Shown: positions 27,556 to 37,672 of the stretch, piece after piece
Position numbering within the stretch: position 1 is the stretch's first letter
How the letters are laid out: every line of letters begins with the position of its first letter
DNA from: a virus
Direction: 5' to 3' (one strand)
IMG/VR virus record: IMGVR_UViG_3300023179_000013
Location: 1-64,000 of that record
Length of the DNA stretch: 64,000 bases
The notes under the pieces: model-generated
Database searches by the model: none
Told to the model about the DNA's origin: nothing
Seen by the model: only the letters and a program-made list of their open reading frames with translations
Made by a program: the position numbers and the translations under genes

Positions 27556-28221
27556 ATGGCAATATTAAACCCTACAGTAGTAACAGTAGATGCAGTTTTA
27601 ACCACGAAGGGCCGCGAATTATTGGCTCGTAACGATGGTTCTTTTCAAATTACACAATTCTCACTTGCAGATGATGAAATTGATTATACTTTGTATAATC
27701 CAAATCACCCATCAGGATCTGCATTTTATGGTGAAGCAATTGAAGCAATGCCTATTATTCAGGCATTTCCTAATGATACGCAAATTATGCGTTATAAATT
27801 AGTAACACTTCCTCGTGGTACTTCACGTTTACCTGTTGTTAGCTTAGGTTACAACACAATCACATTGAAACAAGGTGCTTCATTAACAATTACACCTCAA
27901 ACATTGAACTACTTAGGTGCTACTTCAACATTTGAAGCAAACGGATACGTTGCTACTATTTCTGATATAAGATTATTATCTGCTTTCCAGGGTACAGGTA
28001 TTACTGTAACTACAGTAGGCACCCCAGGATTAAATACAACTACAGGTACTGTGTTGTCTAAATCTGAAATTGGTACATCATTCACTTTAACCGGTACTAC
28101 TGTTAATACATTGTTTGGTTCTTCATTAACAACATTAGCTACTACAATTACTGTAATTGGTAGAGATAGTGGTGCTAGAATTACAATTCCTGTTAATATT
28201 CAAAAGGTATCAACCATCTAA
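27556..28221 (+). CDS. virion structural protein (tail collar/baseplate-like)
   Basis: DAVLTTKGRELLA...ITQFSLADDEIDY. Confidence 0.6.
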   Translation: MAILNPTVVTVDAVLTTKGRELLARNDGSFQITQFSLADDEIDYTLYNPNHPSGSAFYGEAIEAMPIIQAFPNDTQIMRYKLVTLPRGTSRLPVVSLGYNTITLKQGASLTITPQTLNYLGATSTFEANGYVATISDIRLLSAFQGTGITVTTVGTPGLNTTTGTVLSKSEIGTSFTLTGTTVNTLFGSSLTTLATTITVIGRDSGARITIPVNIQKVSTI

Positions 28222-28240
28222 AATTTAAAATAAACTAAAA

Positions 28241-29212
28241 ATGTCATTTGTAAGATATAATCCCGAAGATTCAGTAATAAGTGCCGAAAGCATAATTAGA
28301 CCTATGTGGACTAACGATGCTTATACTTTAGCTACTTTCTTCACAGCTAGCGGATACACAGAATATTATTTAGATGTGTATAACCTAAACCCTTCAGCCA
28401 CAGGTTCAGAAGTACAATTTGATATCCAATATGGTCACATTTATGGATCTGGATCTGCACCTATTAATACATCTGTACAAGGATATTCTCCATCACGTAT
28501 TGTATATGGTCAATATAGAAATTTAGTTTATGGTACTGAAACTGATAATTTTAGCTTTGATAATGGTGTTTCAACAGCAGAACAAATTTATGTAATCAAT
28601 ATTGCTAGAAACCGTTATAAAGAATCATTACAACCTGGTTCTTTAAATTTATCTTTAAAAAGCGGAAGTGCTACTATTCAATTAACAGATGATAGTAATA
28701 CTACTTCATTAACTCGTTTCATTGGAGAAAATAGAATATATTATATAATCAGTGGAAGTAATGGTACACCATATACATCAGCTGCTTCAGCTTCTTACTA
28801 TGGTATAATGTTACCAGATTTAGGATTTATTGTCTTAAATGCTTCTGGATCATTAACCCCATATATTCAAGTAGCTAGTTTAACTACTTCTTCAGTAAAT
28901 AACCATTTAAAACTATTTAATGCTATTTCAGCAAGTGGTAACTTCCAATTACGTTCACAAGAAACAGTATCATCTCGTTTCTTCTTCACACGTGTTAAAA
29001 ATAGTGAATTTAACTATACAACCAACCCATCTATTATAGATGCAAATGGTAACTTATTATATACTACATTAATTAACAACCCACAAACATACGTTACCAC
29101 AGTTGGTATGTATAATGATAATAATGAGTTGTTAGCTGTAGCTAAATTGAGTAAACCATTAGTTAAAGATTTTACTAAAGAAGCTCTAATTAGAATCAAA
29201 TTAGATTATTAA
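28241..29212 (+). CDS. virion structural protein
   Basis: C-terminal YVTTVGMYNDNNELLAVAKLSKP, tail-collar-like. Confidence 0.6.
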   Translation: MSFVRYNPEDSVISAESIIRPMWTNDAYTLATFFTASGYTEYYLDVYNLNPSATGSEVQFDIQYGHIYGSGSAPINTSVQGYSPSRIVYGQYRNLVYGTETDNFSFDNGVSTAEQIYVINIARNRYKESLQPGSLNLSLKSGSATIQLTDDSNTTSLTRFIGENRIYYIISGSNGTPYTSAASASYYGIMLPDLGFIVLNASGSLTPYIQVASLTTSSVNNHLKLFNAISASGNFQLRSQETVSSRFFFTRVKNSEFNYTTNPSIIDANGNLLYTTLINNPQTYVTTVGMYNDNNELLAVAKLSKPLVKDFTKEALIRIKLDY

Positions 29213-29215
29213 TGC

Positions 29216-30679
29216 ATGTCGTCATTCAAAAAATTAAGCAAAGCTGATGTAACTACGGTTCCGTATGCTGCTAATAAGCAGTGGGTTTTGCCATATAGTT
29301 GTCCTTCAATTAGTAATAATTATTTTAATATATATAAAGGTACTTATATAACAGGTACCTTTTCACCTAATAATTTTATTACTGATCCTATTACTAATGG
29401 TCAATATGAACGATTAATATATGATTCTATAAACCACTTGTTTTATCAAAAATACAGTGGAAGTCTAGATACAGGATCATTAATGTTTGATATTAATACT
29501 TATCAATCTGCTTCTCAGCAACGCCCAACAAGCTCTTATTTTGATTATAATATTAATCCTAATCTAGTAAAAAATTTCCCTACAGGAGTAGGTGATGGAA
29601 TAAGAGTATTAGCTATTAATCAAGATATTTACGGTTCTAAAATATTACCTTATAGCTTTAATCTATCATCATCCGCTTACTATATAACAGATGATGGTAA
29701 TGGTAACATATATAGTGGAAGCACCCACATAGGAAATGTATTTTATGCCCATGGATTAGCAGTAATTACTAATCCTGATTATCAAAACATGTTTCCTCTT
29801 CCTCCAATAGCTGTAAACGATGTAGCTACTTTCCTTACATCAAATACTGGTTCTAATATAATTAGAGTATTAGATAATGACATTTCTAGGTCATGTGCTT
29901 TAGATACAGGTTCTATTGTTTTATCAGGTAGTAATTCTGTTTATTATACTGTATTAGGAAATGGTACTATAAGATTAAATGCTTCTGCCTCTGGTAATTA
30001 TGATGTTTATTATACTGTAAATAGTATTTGTAATAATGGATGTGGATTAACAAGTAACAAAGCTAAAGTTACAACAAATGTAATACAAGTAAATCCTCCT
30101 CCATGTATATCAGTTGAATTTTATGGTAGTAAAGGTGATACTAATACTTTCTGGTATAAACTTTGTGGTTCTACTAATATTGATAGCGTAACATTAAGTG
30201 ATTATGACCCACCAGTTCAAAGATGTATTGATGGTACCTTTGGTGTGTCTGGTAGCTCACAATATTCTTATATAGGAGCTTGTACTTCGGGTTCTGTAAT
30301 AACAGGCTCTTCTTATAGTGTTAATATATATGGAAAAGTAGGGGGTAGTTTAAATGCAGACTATAGTACTGAAATATATTATGCTATAGGAACAGGCTCA
30401 TCTACATATCTTAATTATTTAGATTCAACAGATGAAGCAGCATGTAATTATAAAGGTTCAGTAAGTGTACCTTCTGGTTCTACTTTAAGTGTATGGTTAG
30501 CAAAAACATATCCTGTTGCTTACTACAACTCATATAATGCAGTATCATCATCAACTTGCCCTACAAACCTAGCGGCATATTGTGGTAATAGTCCATTCAC
30601 AGTAACAGTAGGATCTAGTATGAATATATCATTAACAGCGTATGTATCATCATCAGGTACATTTAAAATTTGCCCATAA
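29216..30679 (+). CDS. virion protein with Ig/cadherin-like (Big_9-type) domain and Cys-rich C-terminus
   Basis: PPIAVNDVA...VLDND...YTV motif; many Cys in the distal half. Confidence 0.6.
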   Translation: MSSFKKLSKADVTTVPYAANKQWVLPYSCPSISNNYFNIYKGTYITGTFSPNNFITDPITNGQYERLIYDSINHLFYQKYSGSLDTGSLMFDINTYQSASQQRPTSSYFDYNINPNLVKNFPTGVGDGIRVLAINQDIYGSKILPYSFNLSSSAYYITDDGNGNIYSGSTHIGNVFYAHGLAVITNPDYQNMFPLPPIAVNDVATFLTSNTGSNIIRVLDNDISRSCALDTGSIVLSGSNSVYYTVLGNGTIRLNASASGNYDVYYTVNSICNNGCGLTSNKAKVTTNVIQVNPPPCISVEFYGSKGDTNTFWYKLCGSTNIDSVTLSDYDPPVQRCIDGTFGVSGSSQYSYIGACTSGSVITGSSYSVNIYGKVGGSLNADYSTEIYYAIGTGSSTYLNYLDSTDEAACNYKGSVSVPSGSTLSVWLAKTYPVAYYNSYNAVSSSTCPTNLAAYCGNSPFTVTVGSSMNISLTAYVSSSGTFKICP

Positions 30680-30691
30680 TAAATTAAAATA

Positions 30692-31003
30692 ATGCCCACA
30701 ATAACACATACAGGATCTTTTACATTATCATTTCAGAATGAACATATCATTCATGAAAATGAAGTACGCTGTATTGTTAAGGAAAGCGAATTTAATTTAT
30801 CATACAACCCAACCTTAGTAACAGGTAGCTATGCTAGTGGATCATTAAGAGGATTTGCTACATCAGCTTCATTTGAACCTTATGTTACTACAGTTGGGTT
30901 ATATAATGATGAAAATCAACTTTTAATGGTTGCAAAACTAGGAAAACCAATAGTCATATCTCAAGATACAGATATGACTTTTATAGTACGTTATGACACA
31001 TAA
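30692..31003 (+). CDS. stand-alone paralog of the 28241 C-terminal domain
   Basis: EFNLSYNP...YVTTVGLYNDENQLLMVAKLGKP. Confidence 0.7.
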   Translation: MPTITHTGSFTLSFQNEHIIHENEVRCIVKESEFNLSYNPTLVTGSYASGSLRGFATSASFEPYVTTVGLYNDENQLLMVAKLGKPIVISQDTDMTFIVRYDT

Positions 31004-31424
31004 ATGGAAGTATTGGGATACTATAAATCCCGAAGACAATTTAGGTTTTGTTTATAAAATTACAAACCTAACAAACGGCAGATATTACGTTGGTAAAAAA
31101 GTGTTTTGGAATAATAAGAAACACAAATTAACCAAAAAACAATTAGCCGAACAATCTGGCCCTGGCCGTAAACCAACCCATGAAGTTATCCGCACTGAAA
31201 GCGATTGGAAAACATATTGGGGCTCAAACAAACAACTTCTCACTGATGTTAAGGAATTAGGCGAAGATCATTTTGAATGTTTAATTTTAAAAGTTTGTAA
31301 AACTAAAAAACAACTCACATACTGGGAAATGCACTACCAGTGTAAATTTGAATGTTTAACTTCACCTACAATATCTTACAACGATAATATATTAGGTAAG
31401 TTCTTTACTAAAGATTTGTTTTAG
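30993..31424 (+). CDS. GIY-YIG endonuclease (T4 endonuclease II-like)
   Basis: GFVYKITN...YYVGKK, SDWKTYWGS, YNDNI. Confidence 0.8.
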   Translation: MTHKWKYWDTINPEDNLGFVYKITNLTNGRYYVGKKVFWNNKKHKLTKKQLAEQSGPGRKPTHEVIRTESDWKTYWGSNKQLLTDVKELGEDHFECLILKVCKTKKQLTYWEMHYQCKFECLTSPTISYNDNILGKFFTKDLF

Positions 31425-31451
31425 TCAAAACATCTTTGTACATTCGAGGTT

Positions 31452-32393
31452 ATGGAAAATGCTGCTCTACTAGTTTTATTGGAATCTGTACTGGGTGCTG
31501 GTCACAAGACTAGCCGCGGCAACCATGCTTTTAAATGTCCTTTTTGTCAACACCATAAAAATAAACTCGAAATCAACGTCGTAACAAACGAAAAAAGCGA
31601 GAATCCTTGGCATTGTTGGGTATGTGAGGCAAAAGGAAAAACCATTAGATCTCTTTTTAAAAGCATTAAAGTTCCCGCTAATAAAGTAGCGGAACTAAAC
31701 ATGATCGTTGTTCCTGGTAAAAAGGAATTCAAACAACATCTCGATGTAATATCATTACCTAAAGAATTTATTTCATTAATTAATATTGATAAATTAGATA
31801 AAGTAACATCACTTGAGGCACGTCGTGCTCTTCGTTTTCTTAAAAAACGAGGTATAACACAAGAAGATATTGTCAAATATAATATTGGATTTTGTTATGA
31901 TGGGCCTTACAAAAATCGAGTTATAATTCCATCATACGATGAAACTGGTTCTATAAATTATTTTATAGCTAGAGCATTTATTGATGAAATGACAAAATAT
32001 AAAAACCCTCCGACTGATGCTAAATCAGCTATTGGTTTGGAGTTATTTATAAATTGGAATGCACCAATCATCCTTATTGAAGGAATGTTTGATGCATTGA
32101 CCGTTAAACGAAACGTAATTCCCCTGTTTGGGAAAATTATTCACGAGAAGTTACTAGCAAAACTAGTACGCTCAACAGTTAATAGGATTTACATTGCACT
32201 TGATCCTGATGCTATTAAAAATGCTTTAAAACATGCTGAGATGTTAATGTCGTATGGTAAAGAAGTATATTTAGTAGAATTAGATGGTAAAGACGCTAAT
32301 GAAATAGGGTTTGAGAGGTTTTTAAACACGATTGAACAATCGCAACCTCTTACATTCCAATCCCTATTGACTAAAAAACTACAATTAATATGA
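31452..32393 (+). CDS. DNA primase (zinc finger plus TOPRIM)
   Basis: CPFC...HCWVC, NRVIIP, KYKNP, IEGMFDA, LDPDA, KDANE. Confidence 0.9.
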   Translation: MENAALLVLLESVLGAGHKTSRGNHAFKCPFCQHHKNKLEINVVTNEKSENPWHCWVCEAKGKTIRSLFKSIKVPANKVAELNMIVVPGKKEFKQHLDVISLPKEFISLINIDKLDKVTSLEARRALRFLKKRGITQEDIVKYNIGFCYDGPYKNRVIIPSYDETGSINYFIARAFIDEMTKYKNPPTDAKSAIGLELFINWNAPIILIEGMFDALTVKRNVIPLFGKIIHEKLLAKLVRSTVNRIYIALDPDAIKNALKHAEMLMSYGKEVYLVELDGKDANEIGFERFLNTIEQSQPLTFQSLLTKKLQLI

Positions 32394-33178
32394 TTGACAA
32401 AAATGCAAACGTAATCAAAGATCCAAAAATTAAAAGGATTGTTGAATACACAGAAGACAATAAACAAATCAATGTATTAGACTCTCGTTTTTATAGGAGA
32501 AATGGCAAATACTACCCCTCAGTAACTTCTATCTTAAATTATTTCCCTAAAAATCAATTCTTCCATTCCTGGCTTAAAGATGTAGGACACAACAGCGATA
32601 TCATTGCTCAAAAAGCAGCTGGTGAAGGTACTCAAGTACACAATGCTGTAGAAGCATTTTTAAATGGAGAAGAAATTACATGGATTGATGAATACGGAAA
32701 TGCCAAATATAATTTAGATGTTTGGAGAATGATTTTACGCTTTGCTGAATTTTGGAACACTCATAAACCAGAATTAATAGCAACCGAATATCATTTATTT
32801 TCAGATGAACATGAATTTGCAGGTACTGCAGACTTTATTGTTCGATTTCAAGGCAGTTTGTGGTTAATGGATCTTAAAACATCCAACTCATTACACACCA
32901 GTTATGATTTGCAATTAGCAGCCTATGCGACGGCATGGAACGAAACGCATAACGAAAAAATTACACACACTGGTATATTGTGGGTTAAAGCAAATACCCG
33001 CGGTGAAGGTAAAAAGGATAAAATCCAAGGTAAAGGTTGGGAATTAAGAACAATTAGCGATATTGAAACCAACTTTAAGATGTTTAAAAATATCCAAGAA
33101 ATTTATAAATTAGAAAATCCTGACCATAAACCATTTACCGAGCTATTACCAACATCGATTAAGATAGAAAAAGAGTAA
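32390..33178 (+). CDS. PD-(D/E)XK exonuclease (Cas4/RecB-like)
   Basis: YPSVTSIL, GTQVH, AGTAD, DLKTS, QLAAYA. Confidence 0.85.
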   Translation: MIDKNANVIKDPKIKRIVEYTEDNKQINVLDSRFYRRNGKYYPSVTSILNYFPKNQFFHSWLKDVGHNSDIIAQKAAGEGTQVHNAVEAFLNGEEITWIDEYGNAKYNLDVWRMILRFAEFWNTHKPELIATEYHLFSDEHEFAGTADFIVRFQGSLWLMDLKTSNSLHTSYDLQLAAYATAWNETHNEKITHTGILWVKANTRGEGKKDKIQGKGWELRTISDIETNFKMFKNIQEIYKLENPDHKPFTELLPTSIKIEKE

Positions 33179-33204
33179 TATTTATAGGTAGTCATTTTCT
33201 ACTT

Positions 33205-33960
33205 ATGATAAAATTAATTGATTTACTGCTCGAAGCAGCAACCCAACCCAAAGCCATATTTTTAGCTGGTCCTGCTGGGTCTGGTAAATCTTATATATCT
33301 AAGCAATTAATCCCATCAGGATTAACTGTAATTAATGTAGACGATACTTACGAAGAATTATTAAAAGCAGCTGGTTTAGGTACAAAAATTGCTGACTTTA
33401 GTCAAGACCAATTATCGCAAGCAGCTAAATTAATGGGTCAAGCTCAAAAAGCTACTAAAGAAAAATATGCACAATTATCTGCTGCTAAAAATAATATTGT
33501 AATAGATGGTACTGGTGCTGCTCCTAAGCCACTATTAAAGAAAAAAGCAGAATTAGAAGCATTGGGATATGACACAATGATGATTATGATTTGGGTTTCG
33601 CCTTATACATCATTAGAGCGCAATGCACAACGTGATCGTGCTTTACCTCCTGCTATTGTACTTCGTACGTGGCGTGATGTAAATAAAAATATTGAAACAT
33701 ATAGATCAGCTTTTGATAAAGATTTTATATTAGTCGATAATGATCCTGAAGCTAGATTTGAATATAACCCTGAATATGTTAAACAACAATTTTTCAAAAC
33801 AGTAAAGGGTAGTGGTAAGAAATACTCACCAGAGGAATTAGTTAAAAAGAAAGAAGAAATAGATGCTATGAATCAAGAAATAGCTAGTTTACTTACTAAT
33901 GTTCCTGACTTTATGACTATTGAAGATGCAAAATCTAAAATAAATAATTTTTTAAAATGA
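33205..33960 (+). CDS. zeta-toxin/AAA_33-like P-loop kinase with class-A head tag
   Basis: MIKLIDLLLE leader; AGPAGSGKS, INVD, IVIDGTG, SLERNAQRDR. Confidence 0.75.
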   Translation: MIKLIDLLLEAATQPKAIFLAGPAGSGKSYISKQLIPSGLTVINVDDTYEELLKAAGLGTKIADFSQDQLSQAAKLMGQAQKATKEKYAQLSAAKNNIVIDGTGAAPKPLLKKKAELEALGYDTMMIMIWVSPYTSLERNAQRDRALPPAIVLRTWRDVNKNIETYRSAFDKDFILVDNDPEARFEYNPEYVKQQFFKTVKGSGKKYSPEELVKKKEEIDAMNQEIASLLTNVPDFMTIEDAKSKINNFLK

Positions 33961-34649
33961 TTAGGTTAGTAGACATATTGAAAGAAGCTTATGTTGATAA
34001 ACAAGGAAATCTTATAAGTAATGCTGAATTTGTGGTTAAACAAAATGGATATTTTGATTTAATATTGGTAGATAAAGAAAAAATAAATATTAATAATTAT
34101 ATTAATTTTCAATCAAACCAAAGTGAATGGAATAATCAAAAAGTTGCAAATAGTATTTTTAATCAAATAATAGAATTATATAAAGGAACAGCACTTGAAA
34201 AATATAATAATATAGTTGGATTCACTCCCACAAAGAAAATAAATAGAGACAGTAATGTGTTTGATACTCCTTCATTAAGTTTATACTTTATGGAAGGTAT
34301 TGATAAAGTTGAAAATGGTGAATGGAAAGGATGGTTATTATCTCCACTATATATTGAAACTCCTATTGATAAAGAAGAATATTCTTTAAAAGGTAGAACA
34401 TTTCCTAGTATTCCTGGTTTTACTAATGAACCTGTTACTATAGGTTCTGGTGAAAAAGCAAAAACCACTACTAATCAAGAAGACATTAAAAATAAATTAA
34501 TGTATCTGAATATAATATATATACCTTTTATTCACATACCAAAATACAAAAAATCTTCCCCTAATATTGAAATTGAAACAAAATCAGATATTATTGATAT
34601 GTTTAATGAAGTAGGATTAGAGGCTCTTTCTTATAATAAATCAAAATAA
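33957..34649 (+). CDS. hypothetical protein with class-A head tag
   Basis: MIRLVDILKE leader. Confidence 0.65.
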   Translation: MIRLVDILKEAYVDKQGNLISNAEFVVKQNGYFDLILVDKEKININNYINFQSNQSEWNNQKVANSIFNQIIELYKGTALEKYNNIVGFTPTKKINRDSNVFDTPSLSLYFMEGIDKVENGEWKGWLLSPLYIETPIDKEEYSLKGRTFPSIPGFTNEPVTIGSGEKAKTTTNQEDIKNKLMYLNIIYIPFIHIPKYKKSSPNIEIETKSDIIDMFNEVGLEALSYNKSK

Positions 34650-34662
34650 ATAACTTTTTACA

Positions 34663-36066
34663 ATGAACTTAGGAGAATATTTAGCACAACAATTACTTGA
34701 AGCAGGAGAAGATAAACAAACTATTGCTTTATTCCCAGGCGCTTTCAAACCACCTCATAAAGGTCACTTTGATGTAGTTGAAAAATTATTAAAAGCAGCT
34801 GATCAAGTAGTAGTACTTGTATCACCTAAAATACGTGATGGAGTTTCTGCTGATGAATCTGTTGCTGTATGGAATTTATATAAGACCAAATTTAATGGTC
34901 CTGTCGAAATTAGAGTTGCTGCTGAATCTCCTGTTGGTGAAACATATGATGTTGTTAAAAACAACCCCGATACTGACTTTATTGTAGCGTTTGGAAAAGG
35001 TGAAATGGATCGTTATAAAAGCATGGAAAAACATCCTAATGCTAAAGTATTTGATGCTGGTGCTGTTGAAGGTGCTAATGCTACTAATTTAAGAATGGCT
35101 TTAGTTTCTAAAAATGAAGAAGAAATAGCAAAATATCTTCCTGATGGTATTAGTGTAACTGAATTTTTAACTGCAATTCAACAACCAATAGAATCAGAAC
35201 CAGAACCTGTTGCTGAGCCGGCTCCTACTACTCCTGAACAACCAGTACAAGAATCATCTCCTAATCAAGACGAAAATGATGATTACTACGATTATGTTCA
35301 AGCAAATCGTGATAAAGTAGAAAGAGTAGCTCAAGTATTTAATTATCCTATTGAGGATATGATACTTGCTTTCAACGGAGGTACACCAATGATAATGTCT
35401 GATGATATGTGGAGTGCTTTGGAAAATAGTGAATCACATAAAATTAAAGATTTAGAAAGTGCTATTTCGCATGCTTTAAAATTAGGTATCAATCCTAGAC
35501 CATATATTGATCAAATCAAGAAGAAAAAAGAAATGCCTTTACCTCTCGTACTACAATATGGTCCTAACCAATATTATTTAGTAGGAGGTGAAGTAGTATT
35601 ATCTATACTCAAAGCACTGGGTGCTATTCCTAATGTATTAGTAGGTAATATTACACCTAAAAGAGCAACATTATCCGAACCAATATTTGAAGTTTTAGAT
35701 ACTAAAAACGACAAACATAAACAAATATTAAAAAAGTTTATAGCATTTGCTATTAAAGAATTAGATATTCAAAAACCACCAAGTGGTCTTACATTATCTA
35801 AAGACAATACTAAAGCTAGATCTCGTCATACATTTGGTACTTTTAGTCCTGATAATGATAAAATTTGGCTCTATGTTAGTAATAGAAATATAGCTGATTC
35901 TTTACGTACATTAGCTCATGAGTTAGTACATCGTAAACAAGCTGAAGATAATAGATTAGATCTTACTAGCGGAGAAACAGGAAGTGAAATTGAAAATGAA
36001 GCAAATGCTCAAGCAGGAATATTATTAAGAAAATTCGGCAAACAAAACGAAGAAATATATCAATAA
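34663..36066 (+). CDS. multidomain protein: HxGH nucleotidyltransferase, ParB-like domain and HEXXH metallopeptidase
   Basis: FPGAFKPPHKGH and NATNLR; PLVL..YLVGG; RTLAHELVH...ENEANA. Confidence 0.7.
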   Translation: MNLGEYLAQQLLEAGEDKQTIALFPGAFKPPHKGHFDVVEKLLKAADQVVVLVSPKIRDGVSADESVAVWNLYKTKFNGPVEIRVAAESPVGETYDVVKNNPDTDFIVAFGKGEMDRYKSMEKHPNAKVFDAGAVEGANATNLRMALVSKNEEEIAKYLPDGISVTEFLTAIQQPIESEPEPVAEPAPTTPEQPVQESSPNQDENDDYYDYVQANRDKVERVAQVFNYPIEDMILAFNGGTPMIMSDDMWSALENSESHKIKDLESAISHALKLGINPRPYIDQIKKKKEMPLPLVLQYGPNQYYLVGGEVVLSILKALGAIPNVLVGNITPKRATLSEPIFEVLDTKNDKHKQILKKFIAFAIKELDIQKPPSGLTLSKDNTKARSRHTFGTFSPDNDKIWLYVSNRNIADSLRTLAHELVHRKQAEDNRLDLTSGETGSEIENEANAQAGILLRKFGKQNEEIYQ

Positions 36067-36069
36067 GTT

Positions 36070-36537
36070 ATGTATACTATTTTTTGTGACATGGACGGTG
36101 TCCTTGTTGACTTTGACAAAGGTTATTATGATTTAACAGGTAATCATACATCTCAATTTCCTCATGGAGATAGTGATTTTTGGAAACCACTTGAAGAAGA
36201 AGGAGCACTTTTTTGGGCTACTTTACCCTGGATGCCTGATGGACAAGATTTATGGCGTTTTATTAAACGTTATAAACCTTATATTTTATCTGCCCCATCT
36301 CAAGACCCTGCCTCTAGAATAGGAAAAGAAGCATGGTGTAAAATGCATATCAATAATCAATATAGAAAGCTATATTTTAAACCAGCTAAATTTAAATCAG
36401 ATTTTGCTGGTCAAAATAAAATTCTTATTGATGATAGGGAAGATACAATTGCGAGCTGGAACGCTAAAGGTGGAATAGGAATCCACCATACATCAGCTGC
36501 TAATACAATTAAAGAATTGAAAAAACTAGGTTTATGA
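36070..36537 (+). CDS. HAD-family 5'(3')-deoxyribonucleotidase-like phosphatase
   Basis: DMDGVLVDF, ILSAP, K, ILIDDR. Confidence 0.85.
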   Translation: MYTIFCDMDGVLVDFDKGYYDLTGNHTSQFPHGDSDFWKPLEEEGALFWATLPWMPDGQDLWRFIKRYKPYILSAPSQDPASRIGKEAWCKMHINNQYRKLYFKPAKFKSDFAGQNKILIDDREDTIASWNAKGGIGIHHTSAANTIKELKKLGL

Positions 36538-37118
36538 GTGATAACATGCTAAAAAAAGAATTTAATACGCGTGATGTACAACGCATGCGTAATATTATTA
36601 CTAAAGATTATAGTGCAAAAACAGGTGTACAAGTAGGATATTCTAAAGGATACGTTGAACGTAAAGAGGGAGACGTGTGGGAGGAAAATAAAAAAACTTG
36701 GACTATTAAGAATGGTATCAAAATGACTATTACTAAACTTGATAAAGTAAAACAAGCCTTACAGATGCCTTTAATATGCCCTATCTGCCATCAACCAATG
36801 AATAAAGGTAGATTAGATAAAATAATGTATTCTATCCATAAACAATGTTCTGATTGTGTAATTAAACATGAAACTGAATTAAAACGTTTAGGTAAATTTG
36901 AAGAATACCAACAAAACATCAACAAACAAAGTATAGTTTATCATATCAAGGAGATGGAAAATGTATTACTTGAATTAGTTATGGAACAATCCGATGAATC
37001 ATTTGTAACTGAAGCAGGAGATATTGAAACTTGGAAAGGAAAAGGTTTTGATAAACAAAAAGTGGTCGAGGATATACAAGAATACATCAAAAAGCTTAAA
37101 GATGTGGTGAATTCCTAA
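36534..37118 (+). CDS. hypothetical protein with CxxC...CxxC zinc site
   Basis: EGDVWEE..KTW; CPIC...CSDC. Confidence 0.7.
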   Translation: MSDNMLKKEFNTRDVQRMRNIITKDYSAKTGVQVGYSKGYVERKEGDVWEENKKTWTIKNGIKMTITKLDKVKQALQMPLICPICHQPMNKGRLDKIMYSIHKQCSDCVIKHETELKRLGKFEEYQQNINKQSIVYHIKEMENVLLELVMEQSDESFVTEAGDIETWKGKGFDKQKVVEDIQEYIKKLKDVVNS

Positions 37119-37157
37119 TATTTATTGGTAATGAACATTTTAATCTTTTAACTAATA

Positions 37158-37439
37158 ATGGATAGCATTTACACAGTACTAATCACAGCAATTACAGTTT
37201 TAGGAGGTTCTACAGCTTTTAGATTTTACGAAAAACGTGCATTGCATAGAGAACGCGATGAAGATTTTATCCGTCACGATTGTAAAGATCGTATTTCTAA
37301 ATTAGAAGCATTATTAGAAGAATCAGCCAAAGAAAAAGACGAAATGCGTAGTTTAATTTTAAAGCTTACATCAGAAGTAGCTGAATTACGTGTTAAAGTT
37401 GAGTATTTAACTACTGAAAATAAAAAATTATCTAAGTGA
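37158..37439 (+). CDS. TM plus coiled-coil protein, possible holin-like
   Basis: ITAITVLGGS TM segment, then heptads; late motif upstream. Confidence 0.5.
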   Translation: MDSIYTVLITAITVLGGSTAFRFYEKRALHRERDEDFIRHDCKDRISKLEALLEESAKEKDEMRSLILKLTSEVAELRVKVEYLTTENKKLSK

Positions 37440-37666
37440 TAAAGCTCACCGAACTACTTATAAACGAAGGACCAGCAGAATACCCAGCTAACCACCAACC
37501 AGGAATGCGCGTAACTAAAGGTGGTTCAATGTGTGCTAATTGTGAATATTGGATTGCTGAAGGTAACAAATGTAATAATGAATATTGGTTAACTTGGCAT
37601 GATGGGAATGAAAATATTCCTTATCCTGCTGATGAATATTGTTGTAATTGGTGGCATAAAAAATAA
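37436..37666 (+). CDS. small Cys-rich (HiPIP-like spacing) protein with class-A tag
   Basis: MIKLTELLINE; CANC-x9-C...YCCNWW. Confidence 0.6.
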   Translation: MIKLTELLINEGPAEYPANHQPGMRVTKGGSMCANCEYWIAEGNKCNNEYWLTWHDGNENIPYPADEYCCNWWHKK

Positions 37667-37672
37667 ATAACT

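Noticed and set aside
32390-33178. Cas4 as evidence of a CRISPR system
   Set aside because: It is a stand-alone PD-(D/E)XK exonuclease next to primase, the usual replication context in large phages.
33205-33960. Zeta toxin-antitoxin module
   Set aside because: No epsilon-like antitoxin is adjacent; only the kinase fold is supported.
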